A stretch of DNA of 64,000 nt from Candidatus Aminicenantes bacterium (GCA_963807525.1 CAWECI010000008.1:33011-97010); one strand, 5' to 3'; counted from the first letter of the stretch, positions 35,423-45,374 are shown. Numbers and translations are program-made. The notes: generated by a model from the letters alone, not told the origin.

Positions 35423-36836
35423 TCCTGATCGCGACCGCTTCCCGGGCGGCCAGACGTGTTCGCAGGGCGTCGGGCACGGCCACGCGGATCCTGTCCCCGG
35501 CTTGTCTATGGCTGAGGGCCGTGGACGTGGCCAGCTCGGTGACCCGGAGCTTGCCCTTGAGGCCGGTCTTGATATCAAGGACCGCGGGCAGGGTCTGTTC
35601 GCCCTCGCCCGTCAGATAGATCGCAAAGACGGTGTCCTCGCCTTTGGCCGTGTAGGCGATCGATCCCTCCTGGTAGGGCTCGACCGGCCGCGTGCCGTAG
35701 ATCGCTTCCCCGTTGGCGGCCAGCCAGCGTCCTATCTTCTCGAAGCGGTCGTACACCGCCGGTTCGAACTCCCCCCGGCCGTTCGGTCCGACGCCGAGCA
35801 GGAGGTTGCCCCCTTTGGCCACGATCTTGACCAGGAGGTGAATGAGCTCACGGCTGGACTTGTATTGATCGTTGGGCACCCAGCCCCAGGCGTTGCCCAT
35901 GGTGATGCAGCTTTCCCAGGGCACGGCCAGGGGCTTGTCGGGCGTCTTCTGCTCGGGAGTGAGATAGTTCTCGTACTCGCCTTGGACCCAGCGGTCGACG
36001 ACGAGCAGGCCGGGATTGGCCCTGCGGGCCCGCTCGGCGATGGCCTTCATATCGATGTCGAGGTCATAGGGATATTTGCAGAACTCGGCCACCTTCGGCG
36101 TCACGGCCGCCTTGGGCATGACCCAGCAGCCGTCCAGCCAGAGGATGTCGACCGGCCCGTAGTCCTCGGTGATCTCGGCGATCTGGTTGTGCGTGTACTC
36201 GACGAACCGGCGCCAGCGGTCCGGGTGTTTGGTGATGTCGTAATTCGGGTTCCGGTCCTTGGGCGGATAGGCCGGCCACCAGAAATAGGGCGAGGTCCAG
36301 TCGGGCTTGGAGAAGTAGGCTCCGACGGCCAGGCCTTCCTTCCGGCAGGCGTCCAGGACCTCCTTGGACACGTTGGCCTTGGCGTTCGTCGAGAAGGGAC
36401 AGCCCGGATCCGTGACCTTGAAGTCCGTGTACTTGGTGTCGAAGAGGCAGAACCCGTCGTGATGCTTGGTGCTGGTGATCAGGTACTTGGCCCCCGAGCT
36501 CTTGAAGCCCCGGGCCCACCTCGCGGGATCGAAGTTCACGGGGTTGAAGCGCGCCTTGGTGCCGCGATAGTTCGCGGCGTATTGGCAATAATCGTCGAAG
36601 CCGGGCCGGGTGACCCAGTCCTCGGGGCAAAGCCCCCAGGATTCGACCGTCCCGAGCTCGGAATAAAGCCCCATGTGGATGAGCAGCCCGAATTTGTAGC
36701 CCTGCCAGCGCTCGAGGCTGGCCCGGACGGCCGGCTCCCGCGGCCAGACGTAGGTTGTTTCGTCGGTCTGGGCCAGCGCCGGGACGACCGCGAGCAGGAT
36801 GCCCGCGACGATGAGCGGCCCCAGGGATCTTCTCAT
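35406..36836 (-). CDS. alpha-L-fucosidase (GH29), secreted
   Basis: ..RWQGYKFGLLIHMGLYS.., ..AKYLITSTKHHDGFCLFDTKYTDF.. are GH29 signatures. Signal peptide from ATG 36836 with a GGAGGC SD. Confidence 0.85.
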   Translation of the reverse strand: MRRSLGPLIVAGILLAVVPALAQTDETTYVWPREPAVRASLERWQGYKFGLLIHMGLYSELGTVESWGLCPEDWVTRPGFDDYCQYAANYRGTKARFNPVNFDPARWARGFKSSGAKYLITSTKHHDGFCLFDTKYTDFKVTDPGCPFSTNAKANVSKEVLDACRKEGLAVGAYFSKPDWTSPYFWWPAYPPKDRNPNYDITKHPDRWRRFVEYTHNQIAEITEDYGPVDILWLDGCWVMPKAAVTPKVAEFCKYPYDLDIDMKAIAERARRANPGLLVVDRWVQGEYENYLTPEQKTPDKPLAVPWESCITMGNAWGWVPNDQYKSSRELIHLLVKIVAKGGNLLLGVGPNGRGEFEPAVYDRFEKIGRWLAANGEAIYGTRPVEPYQEGSIAYTAKGEDTVFAIYLTGEGEQTLPAVLDIKTGLKGKLRVTELATSTALSHRQAGDRIRVAVPDALRTRLAAREAVAIRITSAS

Positions 36837-36867
36837 GCTTGCCTCCGGCCGATGGCGGCCAGACGGC

Positions 36868-36896
36868 ATGATATTCCGGGCCCGGACCACCGTCAA
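36868..36896 (-). promoter_or_regulatory. sigma70-type promoter for the fucosidase gene
   Basis: The minus strand reads TTGACG-17 nt-TATCAT. The track start 36896 lies within the -35 box, which supports ATG 36836 as the true start. Confidence 0.5.
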
Positions 36897-36940
36897 CCCG
36901 ACCCGGGCGACCGTTTGATTTCGGAGGCCAAAAGTGGGAT

Positions 36941-37675
36941 ATGTTGAGCATGAGCGAACACAAGCAACCGGACCCTTCGCGGCTTCAGGACCGGCTGGAT
37001 ATCCGCCTGCCTCTCATCGGCTTCTATGACGCGCCCGACCCGGCTCTGTTCGGAGCGCTGGTCGAGCCCGGGCCGGGGCAGTGCGTGTTTTGCGCTTACG
37101 AGGCGTGGCTCGAGGGCAAGACGCTCCACCTGACCAAGGAGCGCTACGGCTGCGGCGGGGCCGGGAGCTCCCTCTTCGGCCTCCAGACCCGGCCGAAGGA
37201 CGAGTTCATCAAGTTCCTGGCCGACGACGAGGGCCTCAAGGCCTCCCACGCCCTCATGGAGAAATGGCTCGAGGTCCGCCGGAGCTACCGGGCCGAGAAC
37301 GCCCACCTCTTCATCGGGCCGCTGCGGGAGAGCGCCTGGCCGTTCGCCAGGACGGTCACGTTCCTGATCAACCCCGACCAGCTCGCCGCCCTGGCCGTCG
37401 GCGCCCAGTACCGGGCCGCGCCCGACGATCCGCCGCCCGTCATCGCGCCTTTCGGATCGGGCTGCTCGCAGCTCGTGCCCTTCCCGGACCTGTCGATCGC
37501 CCAGGCCTCGATCGGCTCGACCGACATCGCCATGCGCCAGCACCTCCCGCCGAACATCATGACCTTTGTCGTGACCCGGAAGATGTTCGAGGAGCTCTGC
37601 ACTCTGGACGAGCGCAGTTTCCTTTACAAGCCGTTCCTGGAGCGCCTCAAGAAAGCCCGGGGCGGACGCCTCTGA
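36941..37675 (+). CDS. DUF169 domain protein
   Basis: About 240 aa with ..CGG.G..L.. and ..APFGSGCSQL.. features reminiscent of DUF169 (COG2043). Confidence 0.65.
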   Translation: MLSMSEHKQPDPSRLQDRLDIRLPLIGFYDAPDPALFGALVEPGPGQCVFCAYEAWLEGKTLHLTKERYGCGGAGSSLFGLQTRPKDEFIKFLADDEGLKASHALMEKWLEVRRSYRAENAHLFIGPLRESAWPFARTVTFLINPDQLAALAVGAQYRAAPDDPPPVIAPFGSGCSQLVPFPDLSIAQASIGSTDIAMRQHLPPNIMTFVVTRKMFEELCTLDERSFLYKPFLERLKKARGGRL

Positions 37676-37681
37676 GCCCTC

Positions 37682-38932
37682 ATGAAGAGGATCGCGCTCA
37701 CGCTTCTCGCCGTCCTGGCGGCCGGTCCCCTGGCCGCCCAGGAGGCTCCCGCGACGACGCAGACAGGCCGGGAATACCCGTTCATTCTCAGGGACGATCC
37801 GGCCCGGCTTTTTACGATGCGCCAGCTCGACCAGGACTTCCTCAGCGGTTATCGGCTCTTCGCCGACCTCGTCAGCCGGGACCTCAGCCCGGCCGTCAGC
37901 TATATCCTCCAAGGCGTCTTCGATTATTGCTTCTTCAAGACCCTGACCCACGAGGAGGCCCACCGGTCGATCCTCGTCGGCGAGGACATCGGCGCGGTGG
38001 CCCACGTTTTCCCCTTCGAGAAGAGGACCGGCTACGTGGACGGCGTCACCGACGCCACGCTGCAGAACCTGCGGGACACGGCGTTTCCGACCTTCATCCG
38101 GCTCCACACGGCCGGCTTCGAATCGGACTACATGCTGGCGACGCGGGAAGAGACGCTGATGTCCTTCGGGGACGAGAGCCCTCGGAACCTCATCGTCGAA
38201 TACCTGCTCCGCAAGGTGTCTCTGGTGCGCTACTTCACCGAGGGCCTGCTCCACCACGACACCGACGGCCCCGAGGAGGCGAACGAGCTCGAGCGGGACA
38301 TCGTCGGCAACGACCTCTACGGCGCCATCCGCCACCTCTTCAGGCCGACCATGATCTATGCCCGGTACACGCGCCTGGCCGATCTGACCGATCCGGAACG
38401 GCGGTACCTGCGCCGGGTCGAGTGGCGGACCTTTCTGAATCTCGTCAACCCCAACGTCGTCGGGATGAGCGGATTCCGGCTGTCGGAGGATCTGCGCGTC
38501 AACGTCGGCTTGGGGCACTGCCTGGGTCCGTTCGGCGATTTCATCGACGAAAAGGTCTGGCTGGCCTATCGCCGCCAGGTGAAGGTGAGCGCCTATCTCC
38601 GGGAGTTCGAGAACCTCGGCCACTGGTTCCTCGGGGCCGGGGTCGGCGTTCTGGATTATCCGGTGACCAGGCGCGTGGCCGTGTCGGCCATGGTCCATTA
38701 CTGGAACCAGCCGCTCAATCTGAGCTTCACGGAAACGTCCGGGCGGGCGGGCGGGGCCGTCGATGTGACCGGACGCTACAAGTTCCCGCTACGGCCCGGC
38801 GGCCGGGTCGACGACGTTTCGCTGGACATCGGCTTGATCTACAAGAGCGCCGGCTTTCTGCCCGAAGAGCTAGCCATGGACCGGCACTTCGGCCTCCGGT
38901 GCGGCCTGACCTTGGGCTTCCGGGGACGCTGA
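37682..38932 (+). CDS. secreted / outer-membrane hypothetical protein carrying an HExxH motif
   Basis: Signal peptide MKRIALTLLAVLAAGPLAAQ. LTHEEAHRSIL. The C-terminal third has an alternating beta-strand pattern. Confidence 0.6.
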   Translation: MKRIALTLLAVLAAGPLAAQEAPATTQTGREYPFILRDDPARLFTMRQLDQDFLSGYRLFADLVSRDLSPAVSYILQGVFDYCFFKTLTHEEAHRSILVGEDIGAVAHVFPFEKRTGYVDGVTDATLQNLRDTAFPTFIRLHTAGFESDYMLATREETLMSFGDESPRNLIVEYLLRKVSLVRYFTEGLLHHDTDGPEEANELERDIVGNDLYGAIRHLFRPTMIYARYTRLADLTDPERRYLRRVEWRTFLNLVNPNVVGMSGFRLSEDLRVNVGLGHCLGPFGDFIDEKVWLAYRRQVKVSAYLREFENLGHWFLGAGVGVLDYPVTRRVAVSAMVHYWNQPLNLSFTETSGRAGGAVDVTGRYKFPLRPGGRVDDVSLDIGLIYKSAGFLPEELAMDRHFGLRCGLTLGFRGR

Positions 38933-38975
38933 GGGGCGATCCGTTCGCGGCCTGGCAGACCGGACCGCCGACGAG

Positions 38976-40106
38976 CTACTTCAGCGTCGAGAGCAGCTCT
39001 CCCAGCGCGGCCGTCATGGCCCCGGGATACCGGTCCCGGTCGCGGACATGGAAGAGGTATCGGTCCCGCGAGCGGGGGTCCGGCGACCATTCGGTGATGC
39101 CGTCGGCCCCGCATCTCACCCGGACCGGATCGAACGTGAAAACGGGAAGCGAGAGACCGGCCGCGTGGAAGAAGCCGGCCGTCGACCACATGTTCCGGAG
39201 GCGGCTCCCCTGCCGTTCGAGCAGAGGCCGGTCCGGAGGGCCCTCGAGCGTCCGCAGCCAGCTCGGTCGCAGAGCGTCCGCTTCGGCCTGGTCGGCCCGG
39301 TCCGACTCCCCCTGCTTGAGCATGAAAGCGAAGTAGTTCTGCAGCCGCGGCGACAGGCGGGTGAAGAGGTCCTTCTGCAGGAACTGGTAATAGGTGCCGA
39401 ACTCGCCGGAAGCGAAGGGACCGCCTCCCCCGGGCGCGACCTCGAAGCACGGACACCAGTATACCGGACAGGGCAGTTCGAAGATCGCCGCGTATGAGAT
39501 CGGATCCAGGCCCACGTTGTACTCGAGACGCGCCGCCTTGGCCTTGTCCGGCGTGCCCGAGCCGGAATTCATATAGATCCCGGCGCACTTGGCGGCGAAG
39601 AGCTTCGGATCGAGCCGCCCGGCCAGGGCCACGTCGCGGGCCGAGCCGACGATCGAGATCGCGACCGGCCGGGTCGACTTACTCAGGATCTCCAACAGGG
39701 ACCGCGCCCCCACCGTATCCGGCTGGTTTTCCGGCCTCCCGGCCTCTGCTGGGTCGAAACGCCGCGGCGAGCCAGTGAGGACGGGCACCGCGAGTCCCGT
39801 GATCCTGGCCAGCTGGGCCACGGCCTGGACGTCGGGATCCGCGGCCAGCCCCGCGGGAGGATGGTCGATCAGGACCGCCAGGAGCTCGAAGCGGCCCTGG
39901 GCGGCGAAGGCGAACACCGTGGCCAGGTCGAAATGATCATCGGGATCGGCATGGGGGCGGAAAAGGTCCGTGGCATGGATGAGACCGATCTTCGGGTTCG
40001 GGCCGGCGCCCTCGGCCCGGGCCGGTCCGAAAGCCTCTCCCCAGCAGGCCGCGGCGGCGCCTGCGGCTGCCGTTCCCAAAAAGCTTCGACGCGTCAGCTC
40101 GCTCAT
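38976..40106 (-). CDS. Tat-signal protein with nucleoside-hydrolase-like fold (DPDD motif)
   Basis: MSELTRRSFLGTAAAGAAAA twin-arginine signal and HADPDDHFDL. Only the last 377 codons of the 1477-aa track ORF are real; the rest is antisense to the tricorn-like gene. Confidence 0.6.
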   Translation of the reverse strand: MSELTRRSFLGTAAAGAAAACWGEAFGPARAEGAGPNPKIGLIHATDLFRPHADPDDHFDLATVFAFAAQGRFELLAVLIDHPPAGLAADPDVQAVAQLARITGLAVPVLTGSPRRFDPAEAGRPENQPDTVGARSLLEILSKSTRPVAISIVGSARDVALAGRLDPKLFAAKCAGIYMNSGSGTPDKAKAARLEYNVGLDPISYAAIFELPCPVYWCPCFEVAPGGGGPFASGEFGTYYQFLQKDLFTRLSPRLQNYFAFMLKQGESDRADQAEADALRPSWLRTLEGPPDRPLLERQGSRLRNMWSTAGFFHAAGLSLPVFTFDPVRVRCGADGITEWSPDPRSRDRYLFHVRDRDRYPGAMTAALGELLSTLK

Positions 40107-40112
40107 GGCCGG

Positions 40113-40139
40113 ATTATACACTGCCCTTGGGTGTATAAT
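40113..40139. promoter_or_regulatory. 9-bp inverted repeat carrying two back-to-back TGTATAAT (extended -10-like) boxes for the divergent genes
   Basis: ATTATACAC-N9-GTGTATAAT. The minus-strand box ends 7 nt before ATG 40106 (a leaderless arrangement). The plus-strand box lies about 95 nt before ATG 40233. Confidence 0.45.
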
Positions 40140-40232
40140 CTTTGAAATGAATATCCGGCAGCGAAACCAAAGGCCGTCCCTCTTCGTCTTATAGATTATA
40201 TGGCCGTCGAATTTTACCCTCAGGAGGAATCC

Positions 40233-43200
40233 ATGCCGAAAGCCCGCCGTATCGCTCTGCGATCGATCGCCCTGGCCCTTCTTCTCCCCGCCATCCTGGC
40301 CGCGGCCCTGCCGCTCGCGGCCCAGGACCATCCGCTGTGGCTGAGATACCCCGCCGTCTCGCCCGACGGCGCGACCATCGCCTTCTGCTACAAGGGCGAC
40401 ATCTATCGGGTCGCGGCCGCCGGTGGCCAGGCCGTCCCGCTGACGATCAGCGAGGCCTACGACTACGCCCCCGTCTGGAGCCACGACGGGAAGTGGATCG
40501 CCTTCGCTTCGGACCGGTACGGCAATTTCGATGTCTTCGTCATGCCGTCCCAAGGCGGCGAAGCCAGGCGCCTGACCTTCCATTCGGCGGCCGATGTCCC
40601 CAGCAGCTTCACGGCCGACGACAGGGCCGTTCTCTTCAGCTCGGCCCGCCAGGATACGGCGGCCAACGTCCAGTTCCCGATGGGCACGTTCCCCGAGCTC
40701 TACAGCGTCCCGGTCACGGGCGGCGAGGCGGCCCTCGTCCTGACCCAGCCGGCCATCGCGGCCGTCGTCAACAAGGCCGGGGACAAGATCCTCTATCACG
40801 ACCAGAAAGGATACGAGAGCGACTGGCGCAAGCACCACACCTCGGCCATCACCCGCGATATCTGGGTCTACGACCTGAAGGCCAAGAAGAACACCCAGCT
40901 GACGACCTTCAAGGGCGAGGACCGCAACCCGGTCTTCGACGCGAACGGCGACGACTTCTACTATCTGAGCGAGCGGCCCGGCTCGTTCAACGTCTATAAG
41001 AGCTCGGTCCGCAAGCCGGACGCGGCCACGGCCGTGACGGCGTTCGCCAAGAACCCGGTGCGCTTCCTGACCCGGGCCGACAACGGCCTGCTCTGCTTCG
41101 GCTACGACGGCGAGATCTACACCAAGTCCGGCGTCGCCGAGCCCCAGCGCGTCGACATCCGCATCGCCGAGGACGGCCGCCAGGTGCTCGAGCGGCCCCT
41201 GCCCGTCGGCGGCGGCATCACCGAGATGCGCCTCGCGCCGAGCGGCAAAGAAGTCGCCTATGTCTTCCGCGGCGAGATCTTCGTCGGCAGCGTCGAGGGC
41301 GGCCTGGCCAAGCGCGTGACCAACACGCCCGGCCAGGAGCGCAGCGTCAGCTTCAGCCCCGACGGCCGGTCGCTCGTCTACGCGGCCGAGCGCGACAACA
41401 ACTGGAACATCTATACCGCCTCGATCGTCCGCAAGGAGGAGCCTTACTTCTACGCTTCGACGGTCCTCAAAGAGGAACCGGTCATCGCCACGGCGGCCGA
41501 GGAGTTCCAGCCGGAGTTCTCGCCCGACGGCAAGGAGGTCGCCTACCTGGAGGACCGCGTTCTCCTGAAGGTCGTCAACCTGGCCTCCAAAGAGACCCGC
41601 AAGATCCTGCCCGCCGAATACAACTATTCCTACTCCGACGGTGACCAGGCCTACCGGTGGAGCCCGGACGGCAAGTGGTTCCTGGTCCAGTTCGCTTTCA
41701 CCCGCATCTTCACGCCCCAGGTCGGCCTGGTCTCGAGCGACGGCAAGGGCCAGGTCGTCGACCTGACCAAGAATGGCTTCGGCGCCTTCAACCCCCGCTG
41801 GGCCCTGGACGGGACGATGATGGTCTACGCCTGCACGCGGGAAGGGGCCGTCAACACCGACGGCAGCTCCGTCGAGCTCGACGTCTACGGCACCTTCTTC
41901 ACCCGGGCCGCCTACGACCGGTTCCGCCTGTCCAAGGAGGAGTTCGCCCTGCTCAAGGAACAGGAGGACAAGACCAAAGAGGACAAGGACAAGGCCGACA
42001 AGGACAAGCCCAAGGACAAGACCGCGGCCGTCAAGCCGGCGGAGCCGAAGAAGGACCTCGTCTTCGAGCTCGAGGGCATCGAGCGGCGCAAAGTCCGGCT
42101 GACCATCCACTCGGCCGACATCGCCGACATGGCCCTGTCCAAGACCGGCGAGAAGCTCTACTATCTGGCCCGTTTCGAAAAGGGCTATGACCTGTGGACG
42201 ACCGAGACCCGGACCCGCGACACCAGGCTCCTGGCCAAGCTGGGGGCCAACCAGACGGGCATGGAGATGACGGCCGACGGCAAGTCGCTCTTCGTCTTCG
42301 TCGACGGCCGGGTGCTCAAGATCGACCCGGAGAGCGGCAAGTCGGAGCCCTTGGCGATCGGCGGCGAGATGGTCCTCGATCAGGCCTCCGAGAAAGCCTA
42401 CATGTACGACCACATGTGGCGCCAGATGAAGCAGAAGCTGCTCGTGGCCGATCTCTACGGCGCCGATTGGGACGGCTATTATGGCGTTTACAAGAAGTTC
42501 CTGCCTTACATTAACAACAATTACGACTACGCCGAGATGGTCTCGGAGCTCCTGGGCGAGATGAACGTTTCCCATACCGGCTGCTATTATTCGCCGCAGC
42601 GCCAACAGACGGCCGACGCCACGGCTTCGCTGGGCCTGTTCATGGATTACGACTACGCGGGCCCCGGCCTCAAGGTGGCCGAGGTCCTGGCCGGCGGGCC
42701 GCTCGACAAGGCCGAGCTCAAGATCCGGGCCGGCCACGTCATCGAGAAGATCGACGGCCAGGCCCTGGACCGCACGGTCGACCACTACAAGCTCCTCAGC
42801 CGCAAGGCCGGCCAGCCGACATTGCTGTCCGTTCTGGACCCGGCCACGGGCGCCCGCTGGGAGGAGGCCGTCAAGCCCATCTCGCTCGGCGAGGAGGGCA
42901 ATCTTTGGTATCAGCGCTGGGTCCGCAACCGCCGGGCCGAGGTCGATCGCCTGTCCGGCGGCAAGATCGGCTATGTCCACGTCCGGAGCATGAGCGACTC
43001 GAGCTACCGGGTGGTCATCGAGGAGGTCCTGGGGTTGAGCATCGACAAGGAGGCCCTGATCGTCGACACCCGTTTCAACGGCGGCGGCAACCTCCACGAC
43101 ACCCTGGCCGATTTCCTGGCCGGCAAGAAAGTCTTCGACATCGTGCCCCGCGGCCAACTGGTCGGCGTCGAGCCCTTGAACAAGTGGATCAAGCCGTCCC

Positions 43201-43511
43201 TCGTCCTGATGGGCGAGTGCAACTATTCCGACGCCCACCTCTTCCCGGTCGAGTACAAGGTCCGCGGCATCGGTCCGACCTTGGGCATGCCCGTGCCCGG
43301 CACGGGGACGTTCGTCTGGTGGGAGTCGCAGATCGACCCGACCCTGCGCTTCGGCATCCCCCAAGGCGGCTGGCGGACGCCCGACGGCAAGCTCTGTGAG
43401 AACAACCAACTCGAGCCCGACATCCGGGTCAAGAACGACCCCGACGTCATGTCGGCCGGGCGCGACCAGCAGATCGAGGCCGCGGTCAAGGAGCTGCTGA
43501 AGAAGAAGTGA
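40233..43511 (+). CDS. tricorn-like protease: TolB-type beta-propellers + PDZ + S41 peptidase domain, secreted
   Basis: AGGAGG SD, signal peptide, LRYPAVSPDG..IAF...GDIY.. repeated propeller motifs, and a C-terminal ..LIVDTRFNGGGN.. S41 serine region. Confidence 0.85.
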   Translation: MPKARRIALRSIALALLLPAILAAALPLAAQDHPLWLRYPAVSPDGATIAFCYKGDIYRVAAAGGQAVPLTISEAYDYAPVWSHDGKWIAFASDRYGNFDVFVMPSQGGEARRLTFHSAADVPSSFTADDRAVLFSSARQDTAANVQFPMGTFPELYSVPVTGGEAALVLTQPAIAAVVNKAGDKILYHDQKGYESDWRKHHTSAITRDIWVYDLKAKKNTQLTTFKGEDRNPVFDANGDDFYYLSERPGSFNVYKSSVRKPDAATAVTAFAKNPVRFLTRADNGLLCFGYDGEIYTKSGVAEPQRVDIRIAEDGRQVLERPLPVGGGITEMRLAPSGKEVAYVFRGEIFVGSVEGGLAKRVTNTPGQERSVSFSPDGRSLVYAAERDNNWNIYTASIVRKEEPYFYASTVLKEEPVIATAAEEFQPEFSPDGKEVAYLEDRVLLKVVNLASKETRKILPAEYNYSYSDGDQAYRWSPDGKWFLVQFAFTRIFTPQVGLVSSDGKGQVVDLTKNGFGAFNPRWALDGTMMVYACTREGAVNTDGSSVELDVYGTFFTRAAYDRFRLSKEEFALLKEQEDKTKEDKDKADKDKPKDKTAAVKPAEPKKDLVFELEGIERRKVRLTIHSADIADMALSKTGEKLYYLARFEKGYDLWTTETRTRDTRLLAKLGANQTGMEMTADGKSLFVFVDGRVLKIDPESGKSEPLAIGGEMVLDQASEKAYMYDHMWRQMKQKLLVADLYGADWDGYYGVYKKFLPYINNNYDYAEMVSELLGEMNVSHTGCYYSPQRQQTADATASLGLFMDYDYAGPGLKVAEVLAGGPLDKAELKIRAGHVIEKIDGQALDRTVDHYKLLSRKAGQPTLLSVLDPATGARWEEAVKPISLGEEGNLWYQRWVRNRRAEVDRLSGGKIGYVHVRSMSDSSYRVVIEEVLGLSIDKEALIVDTRFNGGGNLHDTLADFLAGKKVFDIVPRGQLVGVEPLNKWIKPSLVLMGECNYSDAHLFPVEYKVRGIGPTLGMPVPGTGTFVWWESQIDPTLRFGIPQGGWRTPDGKLCENNQLEPDIRVKNDPDVMSAGRDQQIEAAVKELLKKK

Positions 43512-43515
43512 GCCC

Positions 43516-45354
43516 CTATTTGAGCAGGATCAGCGAATAGGTGTCGGCGACGAGGATCGTCGAGCCCAGCAGGGCCAGGCTCTGCGCTTCGCCCGGCGTA
43601 TCGTAGGCGGCGACGAGCCGCGGCGCCCGGGGATCGGAGACGTCGATCCTCTTGACGCCGGCCAGGCCGTCGGCGACGAGGGCGAAAGGGCCGTCCAGGA
43701 CGACGGCGCTCGAGAAATCGCCCGAGGCGACCGTGGCCAAGACCTTCGCGGCGCCCGGGTCCTTGATGTCCACGATGATGAGCCCCTCGGCGCCCGAGGC
43801 CACATAGGCGAGACCGCCGCGGACGGCGAGCCCGGTCGGCTCTCCAGCGATCTTGACGGCGCCGATCTCGGCCGGGGCTTCCGGCTTCCTGACGTCGAGG
43901 ACGTGCAGGCCCGAATCGCTGTTGGCGAGGACCACGCGGTCCCCCGACACGGCCAGACCGTAGGTGAACCCGGGGAGCTTGAACGAACCGATGACCTTGG
44001 GCGCGGAGGGATCGCCGACGTCGAGCGCGTAGAAGCCGAAATTGTCGGCCGTGAGATAAGCGGTCTTCCCGGCGACGACGAGGGTGCGCGGAATGCCTTC
44101 CTGGAACGTCAGCGGCCGGACCGCCTTCATCTTGGCCGGGTCGGCGGCGTCGAAGACCCGGATCGACCAGCGGTCGGTGACATAAACGAAATTCCCGTTG
44201 ACCGCGATCCCTTGAACGCCGCGGAAGATGTTCGTCGCCCCGACGAGAGCGGGCCGGGCTGGGTCGGCGGCGCTCACGGCCAGGACGCCGGAGAGCTCGC
44301 CGACGGCGAAGGCGGTGCGGTCGCGGCCGCAAACGGCCACGATGGAGCTCGGGGCCGGAAGATAACCGACGACCGCCGGCTTACGGGGCTCGGCCAGGTC
44401 GACAAAGAAGAGGCCCGAAAAATAATCGACCACGACCGCCCTGGACCCGGCCCCGACGACGCGCCAGCCCTCGTTGTACATGGTGTACTTGTTGGTCGAA
44501 AGGAGCGCCGGGGCGGCCGGCTTGGAGATATCGAAGACTTGATAGCCGCCGTCATAAAGACTGCCGGCGAGAAGCAGTCGGCCGTCCACGGCGACGCTGT
44601 GGGCATATCCCGAGGCCGTGAGGGAGGCGCCGAGCTTCGGCGCCGCGGCGGAGCCGACATCGATGACCTTGATACCGCCGGAGCCGTCGGCGAGATACGC
44701 GGTGCGCCCGCTGAGCGCGACGGCCTCCGTCGTGCCGTCGGTGTCCAGGCTCCCGACCGGGGCCGGCCGGGCCGGGTCGGCGACGTCGAGGATCTGCAGG
44801 CCGGCGCTGCCGTCGGCCAGGAACGCGGTCGTACCCGCCAGGGCCAGCCCGGTCGCCTGGCCGGGCGAATCCCATGCCCCGGCGATCCGGGGAGCCGCGG
44901 GATCGGTGATGTCGACGGCCAGCACGCCGTCGGGGCCGTCGGCTACGAAAGCGGTTGCCCCGGAGACGAGGACGTCCCGGGCCTCGCCGGGGGTGTCGAG
45001 GAGGCTGAGCAAGACCGGCGTCTTGGAGTCGCCGACATCGATCAGGGCCAGCCCTTTGTCGCCGGCCGCGACGAGGGCGATCCGGCCGGCCAAGGCCACG
45101 GCCAGCCCGCCGCCAAGATGGAGCGTCGACAGCGTCTCGGGGTTCTTGGGGTCGGACAGGTCCAGGATCATCAGGCCGTCGAGAAAGGCGCAATAGCCCC
45201 GGTCGGCGCGGATCTCGATGTCGTGGGCCTTGGTCCAGAGCGCCGAGCCGAGAAAGGCCAGGCGCCCTTCCTCCGGCAGGCCCCGGGCCGGGCCGGCGGC
45301 CAGGACGAGCATGAGGATCGGCCAGAGCCATGGGCGGGTCTTGGGCGTGGGCAT
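43516..45354 (-). CDS. LVIVD-repeat beta-propeller protein, secreted
   Basis: About a dozen repeats of the ..A.G..GL.I.DVSDP..P.. type. Confidence 0.8.
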   Translation of the reverse strand: MPTPKTRPWLWPILMLVLAAGPARGLPEEGRLAFLGSALWTKAHDIEIRADRGYCAFLDGLMILDLSDPKNPETLSTLHLGGGLAVALAGRIALVAAGDKGLALIDVGDSKTPVLLSLLDTPGEARDVLVSGATAFVADGPDGVLAVDITDPAAPRIAGAWDSPGQATGLALAGTTAFLADGSAGLQILDVADPARPAPVGSLDTDGTTEAVALSGRTAYLADGSGGIKVIDVGSAAAPKLGASLTASGYAHSVAVDGRLLLAGSLYDGGYQVFDISKPAAPALLSTNKYTMYNEGWRVVGAGSRAVVVDYFSGLFFVDLAEPRKPAVVGYLPAPSSIVAVCGRDRTAFAVGELSGVLAVSAADPARPALVGATNIFRGVQGIAVNGNFVYVTDRWSIRVFDAADPAKMKAVRPLTFQEGIPRTLVVAGKTAYLTADNFGFYALDVGDPSAPKVIGSFKLPGFTYGLAVSGDRVVLANSDSGLHVLDVRKPEAPAEIGAVKIAGEPTGLAVRGGLAYVASGAEGLIIVDIKDPGAAKVLATVASGDFSSAVVLDGPFALVADGLAGVKRIDVSDPRAPRLVAAYDTPGEAQSLALLGSTILVADTYSLILLK

Positions 45355-45374
45355 AGAGGCCTCCGCGAGCGCGG

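Noticed and set aside
34199-35578. 459-aa minus-strand ORF
   Set aside because: It is antisense to the AsmA-like gene, is Arg/Pro-rich, and runs through the convergent fucosidase stop region.
36893-38698. 601-aa minus-strand ORF, and the 751-aa plus ORF 37081..39336
   Set aside because: They are antisense or out of frame relative to the DUF169 and HExxH genes. Their translations are Arg/Pro/Gly junk.
40107-43409. N-terminal 1100 codons of the 1477-aa minus-strand ORF 38976..43409
   Set aside because: It is antisense to the well-supported tricorn-like protease and has Gly/Arg/Asp/Leu-rich low-complexity translation. Only the last 377 codons (Tat-signal protein from ATG 40106) look real.
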